Part shown: piece by piece, positions 9,657 through 19,141 of the stretch | Position numbering within the stretch: the first letter of the stretch is position 1 | Layout of the letters: each line of letters opens with the position of its first letter | Assembly (NCBI GenBank): GCA_040397685.1 | Contig: JBBAVM010000005.1 | Coordinates: forward strand, 18,827-61,150 | Source: Pirellulales bacterium | Lineage (GTDB): Bacteria; Planctomycetota; Planctomycetia; Pirellulales; UBA1268 | Direction: 5' to 3' | Length of the DNA: 42,324 bases | The notes under the pieces: model-generated | What the model was told of the DNA's origin: nothing | What the model saw: only the letters and a program-made list of their open reading frames with translations | Databases searched by the model: none | Position numbers and translations under genes: made by a program

Positions 9657-10244
9657 TCAGTTCGCCGCCGGCGCAGCCGGAGGTTCGCCCGAAAGCACCC
9701 GGCGTCGGGCGGCATGCCGCTCGAGGAAGTCCGACTTCGGGTCGAATGGTTGATCGACGATCGCAAAGGGCCCATTGCGCGTCGAGCCTTGCATCCACCA
9801 CAGCCAGCAGCGGTCGGGCTTGAGGCCGTAGAGCATCGTCTGCGGCGGCACCGGCACGACGTCGCTCCGCAGGGGTGCCGTGTGGAGGCTCAAGGCCGTG
9901 AACTCCGCGACGGTCCAGCCGGTCATCAGTCCGACGATCAGGCTCCCGGCGAGCTCGACCGGGGGCGCGAACGCGATCTTCGTACGGAAGAGCAGGCTCG
10001 TCGGGCCCGCGAGGAGGACGAGGATGACCGCGAACAGGAGCCACAGCGACGCGACGTCGAGAAAGTTCGCGTAGTCCTTCAGGTACGTCTCCAGATACTC
10101 GGCGAGCGGCTCGTACCAGGCCGTGGCGAGCGTGGCGGCGAGCAGCACGTTGAAAAACATCGCGATGCCCTGCAGGAGGCCGACACGAAACACGGCCGCC
10201 GCGCCGATCACGAGCACCGCCAGGAGCGCGAGATTGATGATCAC
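9657..10244 (-). CDS. CvpA-like membrane protein
   Basis: Four TM helices, G......FNVLLAA.LA...YEPLA pattern, LHTAPL. Confidence 0.7.
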   Translation of the reverse strand: MIINLALLAVLVIGAAAVFRVGLLQGIAMFFNVLLAATLATAWYEPLAEYLETYLKDYANFLDVASLWLLFAVILVLLAGPTSLLFRTKIAFAPPVELAGSLIVGLMTGWTVAEFTALSLHTAPLRSDVVPVPPQTMLYGLKPDRCWLWWMQGSTRNGPFAIVDQPFDPKSDFLERHAARRRVLSGEPPAAPAAN

Positions 10245-10250
10245 GACGAA

Positions 10251-12146
10251 TCAGCCTTTCTCTTTGTCCTTCTTGAGGATCCGCTGCACCTCGTCGAGCG
10301 TGGTCGTTCCGGCCGAAACCATCGCCACCCCCGCCTCCGTGAACCGCTTCATGCCGTCGCGCTGCGCCGCCTTCACCAGCGTCGGGCGATCCACGCCGGC
10401 GGCGATCGCCTTGCCGACCGTCGGCCCGCCCGCGACCTCGACGAGGGCGGCCCGGCCGAGGTAGCCCGTGCCGCTGCAGGCCGGGCAGCCACCCGACGAC
10501 GCCTTCTTGAACATCAAGCCCTCGCGGGCCGGCACCTTGAGCCGGGCGAGCATCTCCGGCGCGGGAGCGTAGTCCTCGGCGCACTTCGGGCAGACGCGCC
10601 GCAGGAGCCGCTGGCAGGTGGCGATCTGGAGCACCTTGGCGAGCTCGGGCCGGGCCATGCCGAGCGCGACGAGTTTCTCGACGGCACCGGCGGCGTCGTC
10701 GGCACGGACGCCCACGATGACGAGCATCTCCCCCGCCCGCTTCAGAAGCTCGACCGCCAGCGGGCCGTCCTCGAGGTGCGGCACGACGATTGCGGTGGGA
10801 TACCCCCGCATCGCGTTCTCCAGCACCGTGACCGGCGAGAGTTTCTCCGCGCCGCCCCAGCGAAAGGGCTTGACGTTCTGGATCTCGCGGAACGGCGCGC
10901 GTTCGTCCTCGAGGATCACGAAATCACGGAGCAGCCGGTCGGCCGTGAGCACGATCTGGGCGAACGTGGTCGTGAGGCCCTCCCGCGACGGCGCCGAGAC
11001 GACCATGAGGCTGTTGACGAGGCCGAGCGCCTGCTTCACCCTCGCGGCGTCCGCGGCGTCCAGCCCCAGGGCCTCGAGCGACGCAAAGGCGGGGGGCGGC
11101 GGCTGAAACTCCCACCGCATGCGGGTGGCCGAATCGGTCTTGTCGAAGGCCACGCGGCACGGGATCGAACGCTTCTGCAGCGTCACGGAGAAGCCTCCCC
11201 CCGGACGCTGCCCCGGCTTCGCGGGCGCACCACAGAGCGACTTGACGACGGCCAGGAGTTGCTTCGTCTCCTCGGCGTCGAGCTGCGACGCATCCTCCCA
11301 CTCATCGACCACCTTGAGGCCGACCCGCTGCCGTGCGAGCCGCTTCAACGGCTGCCACACGCCGTCGATCAGTTGCCGGACCGTGGCCCCCTGCTGGCCG
11401 ATCTCGACCACCGCCTGTTCGGCCCGCATCGCGACGCATCGCTGCACGAGCTCACGGAAGCCCGCGAAGCCCTCGAGGGCCGACGCCTCGGCGAGCCGCG
11501 CCTCCGGCGGCGACGCAGCGTCGCCCGGCAGGGCGGTGATCTCGACGTCGGGCAGCGATCCGGCCAGCGAACGGGTCTCGAGGTCGATCTTGATGCCCAT
11601 CTTCTTGAGCAGCGGCTGAAGCCGCCGCGCGGCGGCGAAGCCCGCGTTTTGCACCGACATCACGCGGCGATCCTTCGGCGCGGGCTTGTCGCGCACCACG
11701 GCGTAGGGCACGAGGGTCCCGAGCCACGCCGCCGCCGTCAGCCCGCAGGCCACGGCCGACAGCGGCGTCCACCACGCCCCGAGTGCCACCAGAAAAAACG
11801 GGAAGGCGAGGATCGGCAGCCAGACGGCGGCAAACGTCGCGGGCCGCAGCTCGTCGCGAGCCGCCCACGCCGTCGTGGCGGCCCAGCCGATCACGAGCAG
11901 CCACCAGACGATCGCCGGCACGATGGCCAGGGATCCCCCGGGGGCCCGCCGGAATCCCTGCGGCTCTTCCGCGGCGGCGTCGGCCGGAGGGGGCGGGGCG
12001 TTCGGATCGACCTCCTTCATCTGCGGTCGGCCCGGCTCGGCATTCCCCGCCGGATCCTGGCCGGCGGCCGGCATTGCGACACCGCCCGCCAGGACCGCGA
12101 ACAGGATCGCGGCCGCCGTCCACCGCCCGTTCGCTGGCGCCATCAC
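10251..12146 (-). CDS. Membrane-anchored GspE/PilB-like protein with degenerate ATPase motifs
   Basis: QRLLRRVCPKC, GCPACSGTGYLGR..L.E and G.TTLDEV.R retained; Walker A reads SAPSREGLTTT; N-terminal signal-like segment and TM helices. Confidence 0.85.
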   Translation of the reverse strand: MMAPANGRWTAAAILFAVLAGGVAMPAAGQDPAGNAEPGRPQMKEVDPNAPPPPADAAAEEPQGFRRAPGGSLAIVPAIVWWLLVIGWAATTAWAARDELRPATFAAVWLPILAFPFFLVALGAWWTPLSAVACGLTAAAWLGTLVPYAVVRDKPAPKDRRVMSVQNAGFAAARRLQPLLKKMGIKIDLETRSLAGSLPDVEITALPGDAASPPEARLAEASALEGFAGFRELVQRCVAMRAEQAVVEIGQQGATVRQLIDGVWQPLKRLARQRVGLKVVDEWEDASQLDAEETKQLLAVVKSLCGAPAKPGQRPGGGFSVTLQKRSIPCRVAFDKTDSATRMRWEFQPPPPAFASLEALGLDAADAARVKQALGLVNSLMVVSAPSREGLTTTFAQIVLTADRLLRDFVILEDERAPFREIQNVKPFRWGGAEKLSPVTVLENAMRGYPTAIVVPHLEDGPLAVELLKRAGEMLVIVGVRADDAAGAVEKLVALGMARPELAKVLQIATCQRLLRRVCPKCAEDYAPAPEMLARLKVPAREGLMFKKASSGGCPACSGTGYLGRAALVEVAGGPTVGKAIAAGVDRPTLVKAAQRDGMKRFTEAGVAMVSAGTTTLDEVQRILKKDKEKG

Positions 12147-13297
12147 ATCACTCCGATGCCCTTGAGGGCCATCATCAGCGCCTCGCGGTTGGGAGCGATC
12201 TCGAGCGCGTCCTGACGGTCGATCAGCCCCTGATCGATCAGGCTCTTGAGACTCAACGTGAAGTCCTGCATCCCGTCACGGTGCGACTTCTTGATGTGGT
12301 CGGCGAGCAGGTGATCCTGCTCCTCGAGCACGTACTTCCGCACCAGCACGTCGAAGAACATCATCTCGACGACGGGCACGCGGCTCACGCCCGGCTTGAT
12401 CGACTTGAGGAGTTTCTGGGCGACGATGCCCTTCATGTTGAAGGCAATCGCGCTGCGGATCGCCGCATGCTCCTCCTGCGGGAAGAGGTCGAGGATGCGG
12501 GTCACCGTGCTCGGCGCGCTCGCCGCATGGATCGTGCCGAACACGAGATGGCCCGTCTCGGCCGCGTGGATCGCCGTCTTGAACGTCTCCACGTCCCGAA
12601 GCTCGCCCACGAGGATGATGTCGGGGTCCTCGCGGACGGCATGCTTCATGCCGATCTCGAAGTTTTTGACATCGACACCGATCTCGCGCTGATTGATCAG
12701 GCACTTGTCCTCGGTGAACACGAACTCGATCGGATCCTCGAGCGTGAGGATGTGCTTGCGGTAGTTGCGGTTGATGTAGTTGAGCATCGACCCGATCGTC
12801 GTGCTCTTGCCGGAGCCCGTCACGCCGGCGAGCAACACCATGCCCTGGTCGAGCTGGCAGAGCCGCTCGATCCCCGGCGGGAGAAACAGCTTCTCGAAAT
12901 CCGGGATGCTGTCGTTCACTTTCCGGGCCACGAGCCCCCACGCCCCCTGCTGGGTGAGGAGGTTCACGCGGAACCGCCACCGCTTGCCGGCGCACATCGC
13001 GGTATGCGCGAAGTCGGCCCCGCCGTCGGTGTCGAAGATCTTCCTCTGCCGCTCGCTCATGAGGGGCCCGCACAGCCGCCGCATCGTCTCGTCGTCGAGC
13101 CGCGGAAACTTGAGCGGCTGCAGCGCCCCCTTCACGCGGATGAACGGCGGCTGGCCCACCTTCAGGTGGAGGTCGCTGCCGTTGAGCGTGACGAGGGCCT
13201 CGAAGAGCCGGTCGATCTCGAGCGCACCGCGCCCGGCGGCAACGGGCTTCGCTCCGTTGGAGTCCGGTTCGACGGCGGGATTGTCGATGGTCGCCAT
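12143..13297 (-). CDS. pilT: PilT/PilU family type IV pilus retraction ATPase
   Basis: SDLHLKVG.PP, RFRVN, GVTGSGKST, TLEDPIE, EDPDIILVGELRD, ETGHLVFGTIH, GMQDF. Confidence 0.9.
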   Translation of the reverse strand: MATIDNPAVEPDSNGAKPVAAGRGALEIDRLFEALVTLNGSDLHLKVGQPPFIRVKGALQPLKFPRLDDETMRRLCGPLMSERQRKIFDTDGGADFAHTAMCAGKRWRFRVNLLTQQGAWGLVARKVNDSIPDFEKLFLPPGIERLCQLDQGMVLLAGVTGSGKSTTIGSMLNYINRNYRKHILTLEDPIEFVFTEDKCLINQREIGVDVKNFEIGMKHAVREDPDIILVGELRDVETFKTAIHAAETGHLVFGTIHAASAPSTVTRILDLFPQEEHAAIRSAIAFNMKGIVAQKLLKSIKPGVSRVPVVEMMFFDVLVRKYVLEEQDHLLADHIKKSHRDGMQDFTLSLKSLIDQGLIDRQDALEIAPNREALMMALKGIGVM

Positions 13298-13340
13298 GCG
13301 TGCTGGCCGGGCGGAGCGGGAACAGGCGGGGACGCCCCGT

Positions 13341-14117
13341 TCATCCGCGCGGCGGCCTGACGGGAATTCCCCTGCGAATCAGCAGGTCCTTCACTTCCCG
13401 GATCGTACACTCTCCGAAGTGGAAGATTCCAGCGGCCAGAGCCGCATCGGCCCCGCCCCGTTCGATCGCGTCGGCGAGATGCTCCGGCCGCCCCGCGCCG
13501 CCGCTGGCGACCACGGGGATGCCGACGGCCCGGCTCACCGCCGCGGTCATCTCGAGATCGTAGCCATCGCGGGTGCCGTCGCGATCCATGCAGGTGAGCA
13601 CGATCTCGCCGGCGCCGAGTTCCTCGACCCGTCGCGCCCAGGCGACCGCCTCGAGGCCGGTGGGCACCCGGCCGCCGCTCACGAACACCTCCCAGATCTC
13701 GCGGCCGTCGCGCACGACCCGCTTGGGATCGATGTTCACGACGGTCGCGCAGCTGCCGAGCCGGGCCGCGACCGCGGAGACGAGTTCGGGCGTCCGCACC
13801 GCCGCCGAGTTGATGCTCACCTTCTCGGCGCCCGCCTGCACCAGCGCACAGGCATCCTCGAGCGAACGGATGCCGCCTCCCACGGTGAATGGCATGTAGA
13901 TCGTTTCCGACACCCGGCGCACGACGTCGAGCATGATCGCCCGACCCTCGTGGCTCGCGGTGATGTCGAGGAACACGAGTTCGTCGGCTCCCTCGGCCTC
14001 GTAGCGGGCCGCGACGGCGACAGGATCGCCGGCATCGACGAGATCGAGGAACCGCGTGCCTTTCACGACCCGCCCCTGGTGCACGTCGAGACACGGAATG
14101 ATCCGCTTCGCGAGCAT
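13341..14117 (-). CDS. hisF: Imidazole glycerol phosphate synthase cyclase subunit
   Basis: [47 protein letters not shown]; start overlaps thiG stop. Confidence 0.97.
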   Translation of the reverse strand: MLAKRIIPCLDVHQGRVVKGTRFLDLVDAGDPVAVAARYEAEGADELVFLDITASHEGRAIMLDVVRRVSETIYMPFTVGGGIRSLEDACALVQAGAEKVSINSAAVRTPELVSAVAARLGSCATVVNIDPKRVVRDGREIWEVFVSGGRVPTGLEAVAWARRVEELGAGEIVLTCMDRDGTRDGYDLEMTAAVSRAVGIPVVASGGAGRPEHLADAIERGGADAALAAGIFHFGECTIREVKDLLIRRGIPVRPPRG

Positions 14118-14992
14118 CAGTGCGGACACCCCGGGCCGGTGATCGTGCCCTCGAGCGGACTCGACGCGGTGGCGTAGAGCCGCTTTGGCATGCGGCCGGC
14201 GAGAAACGCCTGCCGCCCCGCCTCGCAGGCCGCCTTCATCGCCACCGCCATCCGCAGCGGGTCGGCGGCATGGGCGATCGCCGTGTTCAACAGCACTCCA
14301 TCCACGCCGAGTTCCATCGCCTCCGCCACGTCGCTGGCCGTGCCGACGCCGGCATCGACGATCACGGGATACGACGGGTCGCCATCCTTGAGATACTCCA
14401 GGCAGATCCGCAGGTTGTTGGCATTGAGAATCCCCTGCCCCGAGCCGATCGGGCTCCCGGCGGGCATCACGCTCGCGGCACCGAGTTCCTTGAGCCTGCG
14501 GGCGACAACCGGATCGTCGCTCGAATAGACGAGCACGGCGAACCCGTCGGCCACGAGCCGCTGCGTCGCCTCGAGCGTGCCCACGGGATCCGGGAGGAGC
14601 GTGCGCGGGTCGCCGAGCACTTCGAGCTTCACCCACTCCGAACCGGGATTGCCCAGATCGCGGAGCAGTTCTCGGCCGAGCCGCGCCACGCGCACCGCGT
14701 CGTCAGCAGTGAAGCAGCCCGCGGTGTTCGGCAGGATCGTGTACCGGGCAGGGTCGAGGTGCTCGAGGATATTCTCTCCCGCCGCATTGACGAGCCGCTC
14801 GCGACGCACGGCGACGGTCACGCAGTCGGTGCCGGAGGCGGCGAGACAGCGGGCCATCTCCGCGTAGCTCGCATACTTGCCCGTGCCGACGACGAGCCGG
14901 CTCGAGAGCGTGATCCCGGCCACGCGGAGCGGCGCGTCGGCTGGCGGGCAGGATGGAGCGGGCTCGGCGGACGGGGCGGCGGGGGCATTCAT
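14117..14992 (-). CDS. thiG: Thiazole synthase
   Basis: [48 protein letters not shown]...AMELG. Confidence 0.97.
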   Translation of the reverse strand: MNAPAAPSAEPAPSCPPADAPLRVAGITLSSRLVVGTGKYASYAEMARCLAASGTDCVTVAVRRERLVNAAGENILEHLDPARYTILPNTAGCFTADDAVRVARLGRELLRDLGNPGSEWVKLEVLGDPRTLLPDPVGTLEATQRLVADGFAVLVYSSDDPVVARRLKELGAASVMPAGSPIGSGQGILNANNLRICLEYLKDGDPSYPVIVDAGVGTASDVAEAMELGVDGVLLNTAIAHAADPLRMAVAMKAACEAGRQAFLAGRMPKRLYATASSPLEGTITGPGCPH

Positions 14993-15041
14993 CGGGGGCG
15001 GTTGCGGCAGGGGCTCGGCAGGCTTCTCGGCTTGCGGCGGT

Positions 15042-15263
15042 TCAGCCGCCGCCCACCAGGGTCACGATCTCGACCCGGTCTCCGCCCTTGAGCATACAGT
15101 CGGCCAGGCGGACCCGTGGCACGACCGCCTCGTTCACCTCGACGGCGAGCGGCCGGCCGGCGAGCCCGAGCCCCTCGACGACGTCGAGGGCCGTGGCCCC
15201 GACGGCGACCGAAAACGGCTGGCCGTTGAGCACGATGACCGGCCCCGGGCTGGTGGGTTCCAT
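15042..15263 (-). CDS. thiS: Sulfur carrier protein ThiS
   Basis: [26 protein letters not shown]-terminal GG; directly upstream of thiG. Confidence 0.95.
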   Translation of the reverse strand: MEPTSPGPVIVLNGQPFSVAVGATALDVVEGLGLAGRPLAVEVNEAVVPRVRLADCMLKGGDRVEIVTLVGGG

Positions 15264-15293
15264 GGTGTTCGCCGTCCGCGCGCCCCGCGCCGG

Positions 15294-15863
15294 CTACTCC
15301 TTGTCCTTCCGCGACTTCGCCGCACCGGCGCCGGCCTTGCCGCCGCCACGCGGCCTGGCGACATCGAGCGGTTCGAGCTTGGCGACGAACGGCGTGCCCA
15401 CCGCCTGCTGGGCATTGAACGGGATCGCGTAGGCGACCGTGATGCCCGAGGATGAATCGGTGACGTAGAGCACGGCCTGAGCGAACGGCACGGCGCCGGT
15501 CTGGAGCTCCGCCGCGCCCGACACGAGGAGGAACCGCGGGTTCTTCACCTGCCCGGCCTTGAAGCCGAGATCTGGGAGCACGTTGTGCTTGTAGGCGCCG
15601 GCGAACTTCCCGGTCGTCGGATTGATCACGCCTCCGGACAGGTCTCCCGTCTCGAAGTCGAGCATGAAGAAGCCTTCCACGCTTGGCCCGAGCGGCACCG
15701 TGCAGACGGCGAACGACTCGTCGGCGAGCGACGTGAGCGCGTGCACGCGGCGGGGCATCGCCAGGCCACCGATCCCGAGCCCGATCGCCACGCCCGCCGC
15801 GACAAGACCGATCGCGACCGCCGGCCCCATGAACGACGACCTGGCCATCCAAGCAAACCTCAT
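15294..15863 (-). CDS. Hypothetical exported/membrane-anchored protein
   Basis: N-terminal hydrophobic helix, globular beta-rich body (EGFFMLDFETGDL.G); AAGGGAG RBS before 15863. Confidence 0.75.
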   Translation of the reverse strand: MRFAWMARSSFMGPAVAIGLVAAGVAIGLGIGGLAMPRRVHALTSLADESFAVCTVPLGPSVEGFFMLDFETGDLSGGVINPTTGKFAGAYKHNVLPDLGFKAGQVKNPRFLLVSGAAELQTGAVPFAQAVLYVTDSSSGITVAYAIPFNAQQAVGTPFVAKLEPLDVARPRGGGKAGAGAAKSRKDKE

Positions 15864-15918
15864 CGACAGACTCCCTTCACGGACTGCGGACTCGAGAGAC
15901 CCCCTGACCCGCACGCGC

Positions 15919-17208
15919 TCACGGCTTCGCGGGCGGCGCAGCAGCAGCAGGCTGCGCTGGAGGCGGCGGCGGATTCGCTGCCGGTGCTGCGGGAGGCACA
16001 GGCGCCGCGGGCTTGTCGGCCGCCGGCTTCGCCGGCTCGGCCGGTTTTTCCGCCGGCTTCTCCGCCGGCTTCTCCGCCGGCTTTTCCGCCGGCTTCTCGG
16101 CGGGCTTGTCGGCGGGCTTGTCCGCCGGCGCCGCCGCCTGAGCCGGTGGAGCCGGTGGAGCCGGTGGAGCCGGTGGAGGCGGCGGCGGGGGCAGGAGTTT
16201 TGCGGCGGGCACCGGCACGACCTTGCCACCGGCATGCGTCCCCACGAACACGTTCTTGTCGTCGGGCGAGAACGCGACGCACCACACGCTCGACTTCTCG
16301 GCGGGCAGCCCCTCCTGCTCGCCCTTGGCGCTCACGTCCCAGAACTTCACGGCCCCATCGAGACTCCCGCTCACGAGCCGGGCACCGTCGGCGGAGAATG
16401 CCAGCGACGTGACCCAGTCCCGGTGTCCCTTGAGCGTCGCGAACTCCTTGCCGTCACCCGTCGTCCAGAGCCGGATCGTGCGGTCGGCGCCGGCCGTCGC
16501 CAGCCGCGAGCCGTCGGGCGAAAACGCCACGGCCCAGAGCGCGTCACCGTGCCCCTCGAGTTTCGCCTTCTCCGCGCCGTCGGCGGCGTTCCAGAGTTTC
16601 ACGAGCTTGTCGCCGCCGCCCGTCGCGATCGTCGCGCCGTCGGGCGAGAAGGCCACCGCCGTCGCAGGGCCGGCATGCGCCGTGACCGCCTTCACCTCCT
16701 GGCCGGTCGCTGCGTCCCAGAGGACGACCTGCCCATCCTCGCCGGCCGTGGCCAGCTTCGCGCCATCGGGAGAAAACGCCAGCGACCGCACCCAGCCCTT
16801 GTGCTTCTTGAGGTCGTGCTTCGCGGCCCGCGCCGGCAGGTCCCAGAGTTTGACGAGACCGTCGTAGCCTGCCGTCGCGGCACGGCTGCCGTCCTTCGTG
16901 ACCTGCACGGCCCACACGGCCGTGGGATGTCCGGCCAGATCGCCGACCCGCGAGCCGTCGGCCTTCCAGACGACCACGTCCCCGGGGCGATACAGCAGGC
17001 TCTCCCCCCCGGCCGTGACCAGCGTCGAGCCATCGCTCGAGTAGTCGGCCGCGATCACCCAGCGCCTGAATTCACCGAGGTTCGCCGCCGGTGCCTGGGG
17101 CTGGGCCGGCGGATCGGCAGCCCGGAGGACGCCGGGAACCCACGTCGCCAGCATCAGCACGAGGGCCGTCGCGGTGGACTGTATGCGTGATCCATTCGTG
17201 CGGGGCAT
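15919..17208 (-). CDS. Secreted WD40 beta-propeller protein with Pro/Ala/Lys/Glu-rich tail
   Basis: About 7 GH...V..VAFSPDG..LAT...D..VKLWD repeats; signal peptide; AGGAG RBS before 17208. Confidence 0.92.
   Translation of the reverse strand: MPRTNGSRIQSTATALVLMLATWVPGVLRAADPPAQPQAPAANLGEFRRWVIAADYSSDGSTLVTAGGESLLYRPGDVVVWKADGSRVGDLAGHPTAVWAVQVTKDGSRAATAGYDGLVKLWDLPARAAKHDLKKHKGWVRSLAFSPDGAKLATAGEDGQVVLWDAATGQEVKAVTAHAGPATAVAFSPDGATIATGGGDKLVKLWNAADGAEKAKLEGHGDALWAVAFSPDGSRLATAGADRTIRLWTTGDGKEFATLKGHRDWVTSLAFSADGARLVSGSLDGAVKFWDVSAKGEQEGLPAEKSSVWCVAFSPDDKNVFVGTHAGGKVVPVPAAKLLPPPPPPPAPPAPPAPPAQAAAPADKPADKPAEKPAEKPAEKPAEKPAEKPAEPAKPAADKPAAPVPPAAPAANPPPPPAQPAAAAPPAKP
16011..16176. repeat. Coding tandem repeats (12-bp PA[E/D]K units and 9-bp PPA units)
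   Basis: PADKPADKPAEKPAEKPAEKPAEKPAEKPAE and four gagccggtg units at 16140-16175. Confidence 0.85.
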
Positions 17209-17238
17209 GGGAGCGTCTCCTGGGGGGTCGTCGCGAAG

Positions 17239-17246
17239 AGTATAGT
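17239..17246. promoter_or_regulatory. Overlapping putative -10 elements in divergent region
   Basis: agtatagt reads TATACT on minus (WD40 operon) and TATAGT on plus (isomerase). Confidence 0.4.
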
Positions 17247-17284
17247 TCCGTCCGATCGCTCGATTCCAACCAGGGACTTCCGCC

Positions 17285-18982
17285 ATGGCCGCCGCCACCC
17301 GCCGCACCGCGCCGCGTCGCACGACCAAGCCGACCGGGAAAAACGCCGTGCTCGTCGCGAGCGGCGATCTCCGCGAGGAGGCGAATCGCGTCTGCTGGCC
17401 GGCGCAGCAGGCCCTGGAAGCCGATCTCGCGAAGGCGTTCGCGTCCGCCGGCTGGACGCTCGCCCGCGGCCACGCCCCCGCCCGGTCGCGCGGTCACGGG
17501 TTCATCGCCAGCGCCCGCGAAGGGCTCGACGTGTTCGCGACCATCGATCCGGAGGCGCCGCTCGTGGTCGCCGAGGCGGTCTGGCAGTATTCCAACCACG
17601 TCCTGCCGGGGCTCACGACCCACTCCGGCCCGATCCTCACCGTCGCCAACTGGTCGGGCCAGTGGCCGGGCCTCGTCGGCATGCTGAACCTCAACGGCTC
17701 GCTCACGAAAGCCGGCGTGCCGTACGCCACGCTCTGGGCCGACGACTTCGCGAGCCCGACCTTCCGTCGTCACCTGCAGTCGTGGCTCAACACGGCCCAC
17801 GTGCACCACGACACGGGCCACGTCGTGCCGCTCGAGCGGGTCTCGATCCCGCGGCCGCTCGCCCAGGCGGCGGCGACGATCGCCATGGAGCTGCGCCAGA
17901 GGAAGGCGCTGATGGGCGTCTTCGACGAGGGCTGCATGGGCATGTTCAACGCGATCATCCCCGACCATCTCCTCCATGCGACGGGCGTGTTCAAGGAGCG
18001 GCTCAGCCAGAGCGCCCTGTATTACGAGACGACCCGCGTCTCCGACGCCGAGGCCCGCGCCGTGTTCCGCTGGCTCGAGCAGGCGGGCATGCGGTTCCAC
18101 TTCGGCAAGGACGAGGGGCGCGACCTGACGCGGGCCCAGGTGCTCCTGCAGTGCAAGATGTACATCGCGACGCTGCGGCTCGCCGACCGCTTCGGCTGCG
18201 ATCTCGTGGGCATCCAATACCAGCAGGGGCTCAAGGACCTCCTGCCGGCGAGCGACCTCGTCGAGGGGATGCTCAACGACTCGAAGCGGCCGCCCGTCAC
18301 GGCCGAGGGATCGAGCCGCGTCCTGTGGAAAGGCAAACCGCTCGTCCACTTCAACGAGGTGGACGAGTGCGCCGGGCTCGACGGCCTGATCACGCAGCGG
18401 GTGCACGAGGCCCTCGGGCAGCCGGTCGAGAACACGCTCCACGACATCCGCTGGGGCGATTGGGACCAGTCGCGCTCGACCGACCAGTGGGTGTGGGTGT
18501 TCGAAATCTCCGGTGGGGCGCCGCCGGCGCACTTCACGGGCGGCTGGAAGGGGGCCGAGGGCTTCCGCCAGCCGCCGATGTACTTCCGGCTCGGCGGCAG
18601 CACGCTCGCCGGCGTGAGCAAGCCCGGCGAGATCGTCTGGAGCCGGATCTGGGTCGATGGCACGAGCGACTGCGAGAAGCTCCGCATGGACATCGGCCGC
18701 GCCCAGGTCGTGAAGCTCCCGGACGAGGAAACGCGTCGCCGGCTCGACGCCACGACCCCGCAATGGCCGATCATGCACGCGGTGACCTACGGCATCTCGC
18801 GCGATCAGATGATGGCCCGCCACAAGGCGAACCACATCCAGGTGGCATACGCCAAGGACGCCGCGGCGGCCGACAAAGCCGCGCTCCTCAAGGCGGCGGT
18901 GGCCCGCGACCTCGGCATCGACGTCTCGTTCTGCGGCACCCGCGGCCACGGCGTGTCGCCGACCCTCCGCTGGGACGCCTGA
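17285..18982 (+). CDS. L-fucose isomerase-like sugar isomerase
   Basis: [56 protein letters not shown]; FucI/AraA-fold family by recall. Confidence 0.75.
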   Translation: MAAATRRTAPRRTTKPTGKNAVLVASGDLREEANRVCWPAQQALEADLAKAFASAGWTLARGHAPARSRGHGFIASAREGLDVFATIDPEAPLVVAEAVWQYSNHVLPGLTTHSGPILTVANWSGQWPGLVGMLNLNGSLTKAGVPYATLWADDFASPTFRRHLQSWLNTAHVHHDTGHVVPLERVSIPRPLAQAAATIAMELRQRKALMGVFDEGCMGMFNAIIPDHLLHATGVFKERLSQSALYYETTRVSDAEARAVFRWLEQAGMRFHFGKDEGRDLTRAQVLLQCKMYIATLRLADRFGCDLVGIQYQQGLKDLLPASDLVEGMLNDSKRPPVTAEGSSRVLWKGKPLVHFNEVDECAGLDGLITQRVHEALGQPVENTLHDIRWGDWDQSRSTDQWVWVFEISGGAPPAHFTGGWKGAEGFRQPPMYFRLGGSTLAGVSKPGEIVWSRIWVDGTSDCEKLRMDIGRAQVVKLPDEETRRRLDATTPQWPIMHAVTYGISRDQMMARHKANHIQVAYAKDAAAADKAALLKAAVARDLGIDVSFCGTRGHGVSPTLRWDA

Positions 18983-19027
18983 CCGAGACTTCCCACCGGA
19001 CGGAACACGGATGCGACAATCCAGAAC

Positions 19028-19118
19028 GGGGAGGCGAGGGGGTCGGCGAACGCTCGAGGAGCGTGGGGCTGCCGCAGCCCCAGCGACGAGACTTTTGCCG
19101 CCCCCGAGCCGGCGACAC
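19028..19118 (-). repeat. Structured intergenic element, short type (copy A1)
   Basis: Near-identical to 24188-24269 and to the reverse complement of 26535-26626. Confidence 0.92.
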
Positions 19119-19141
19119 ACGAATCGAGGAATGACACTTCC

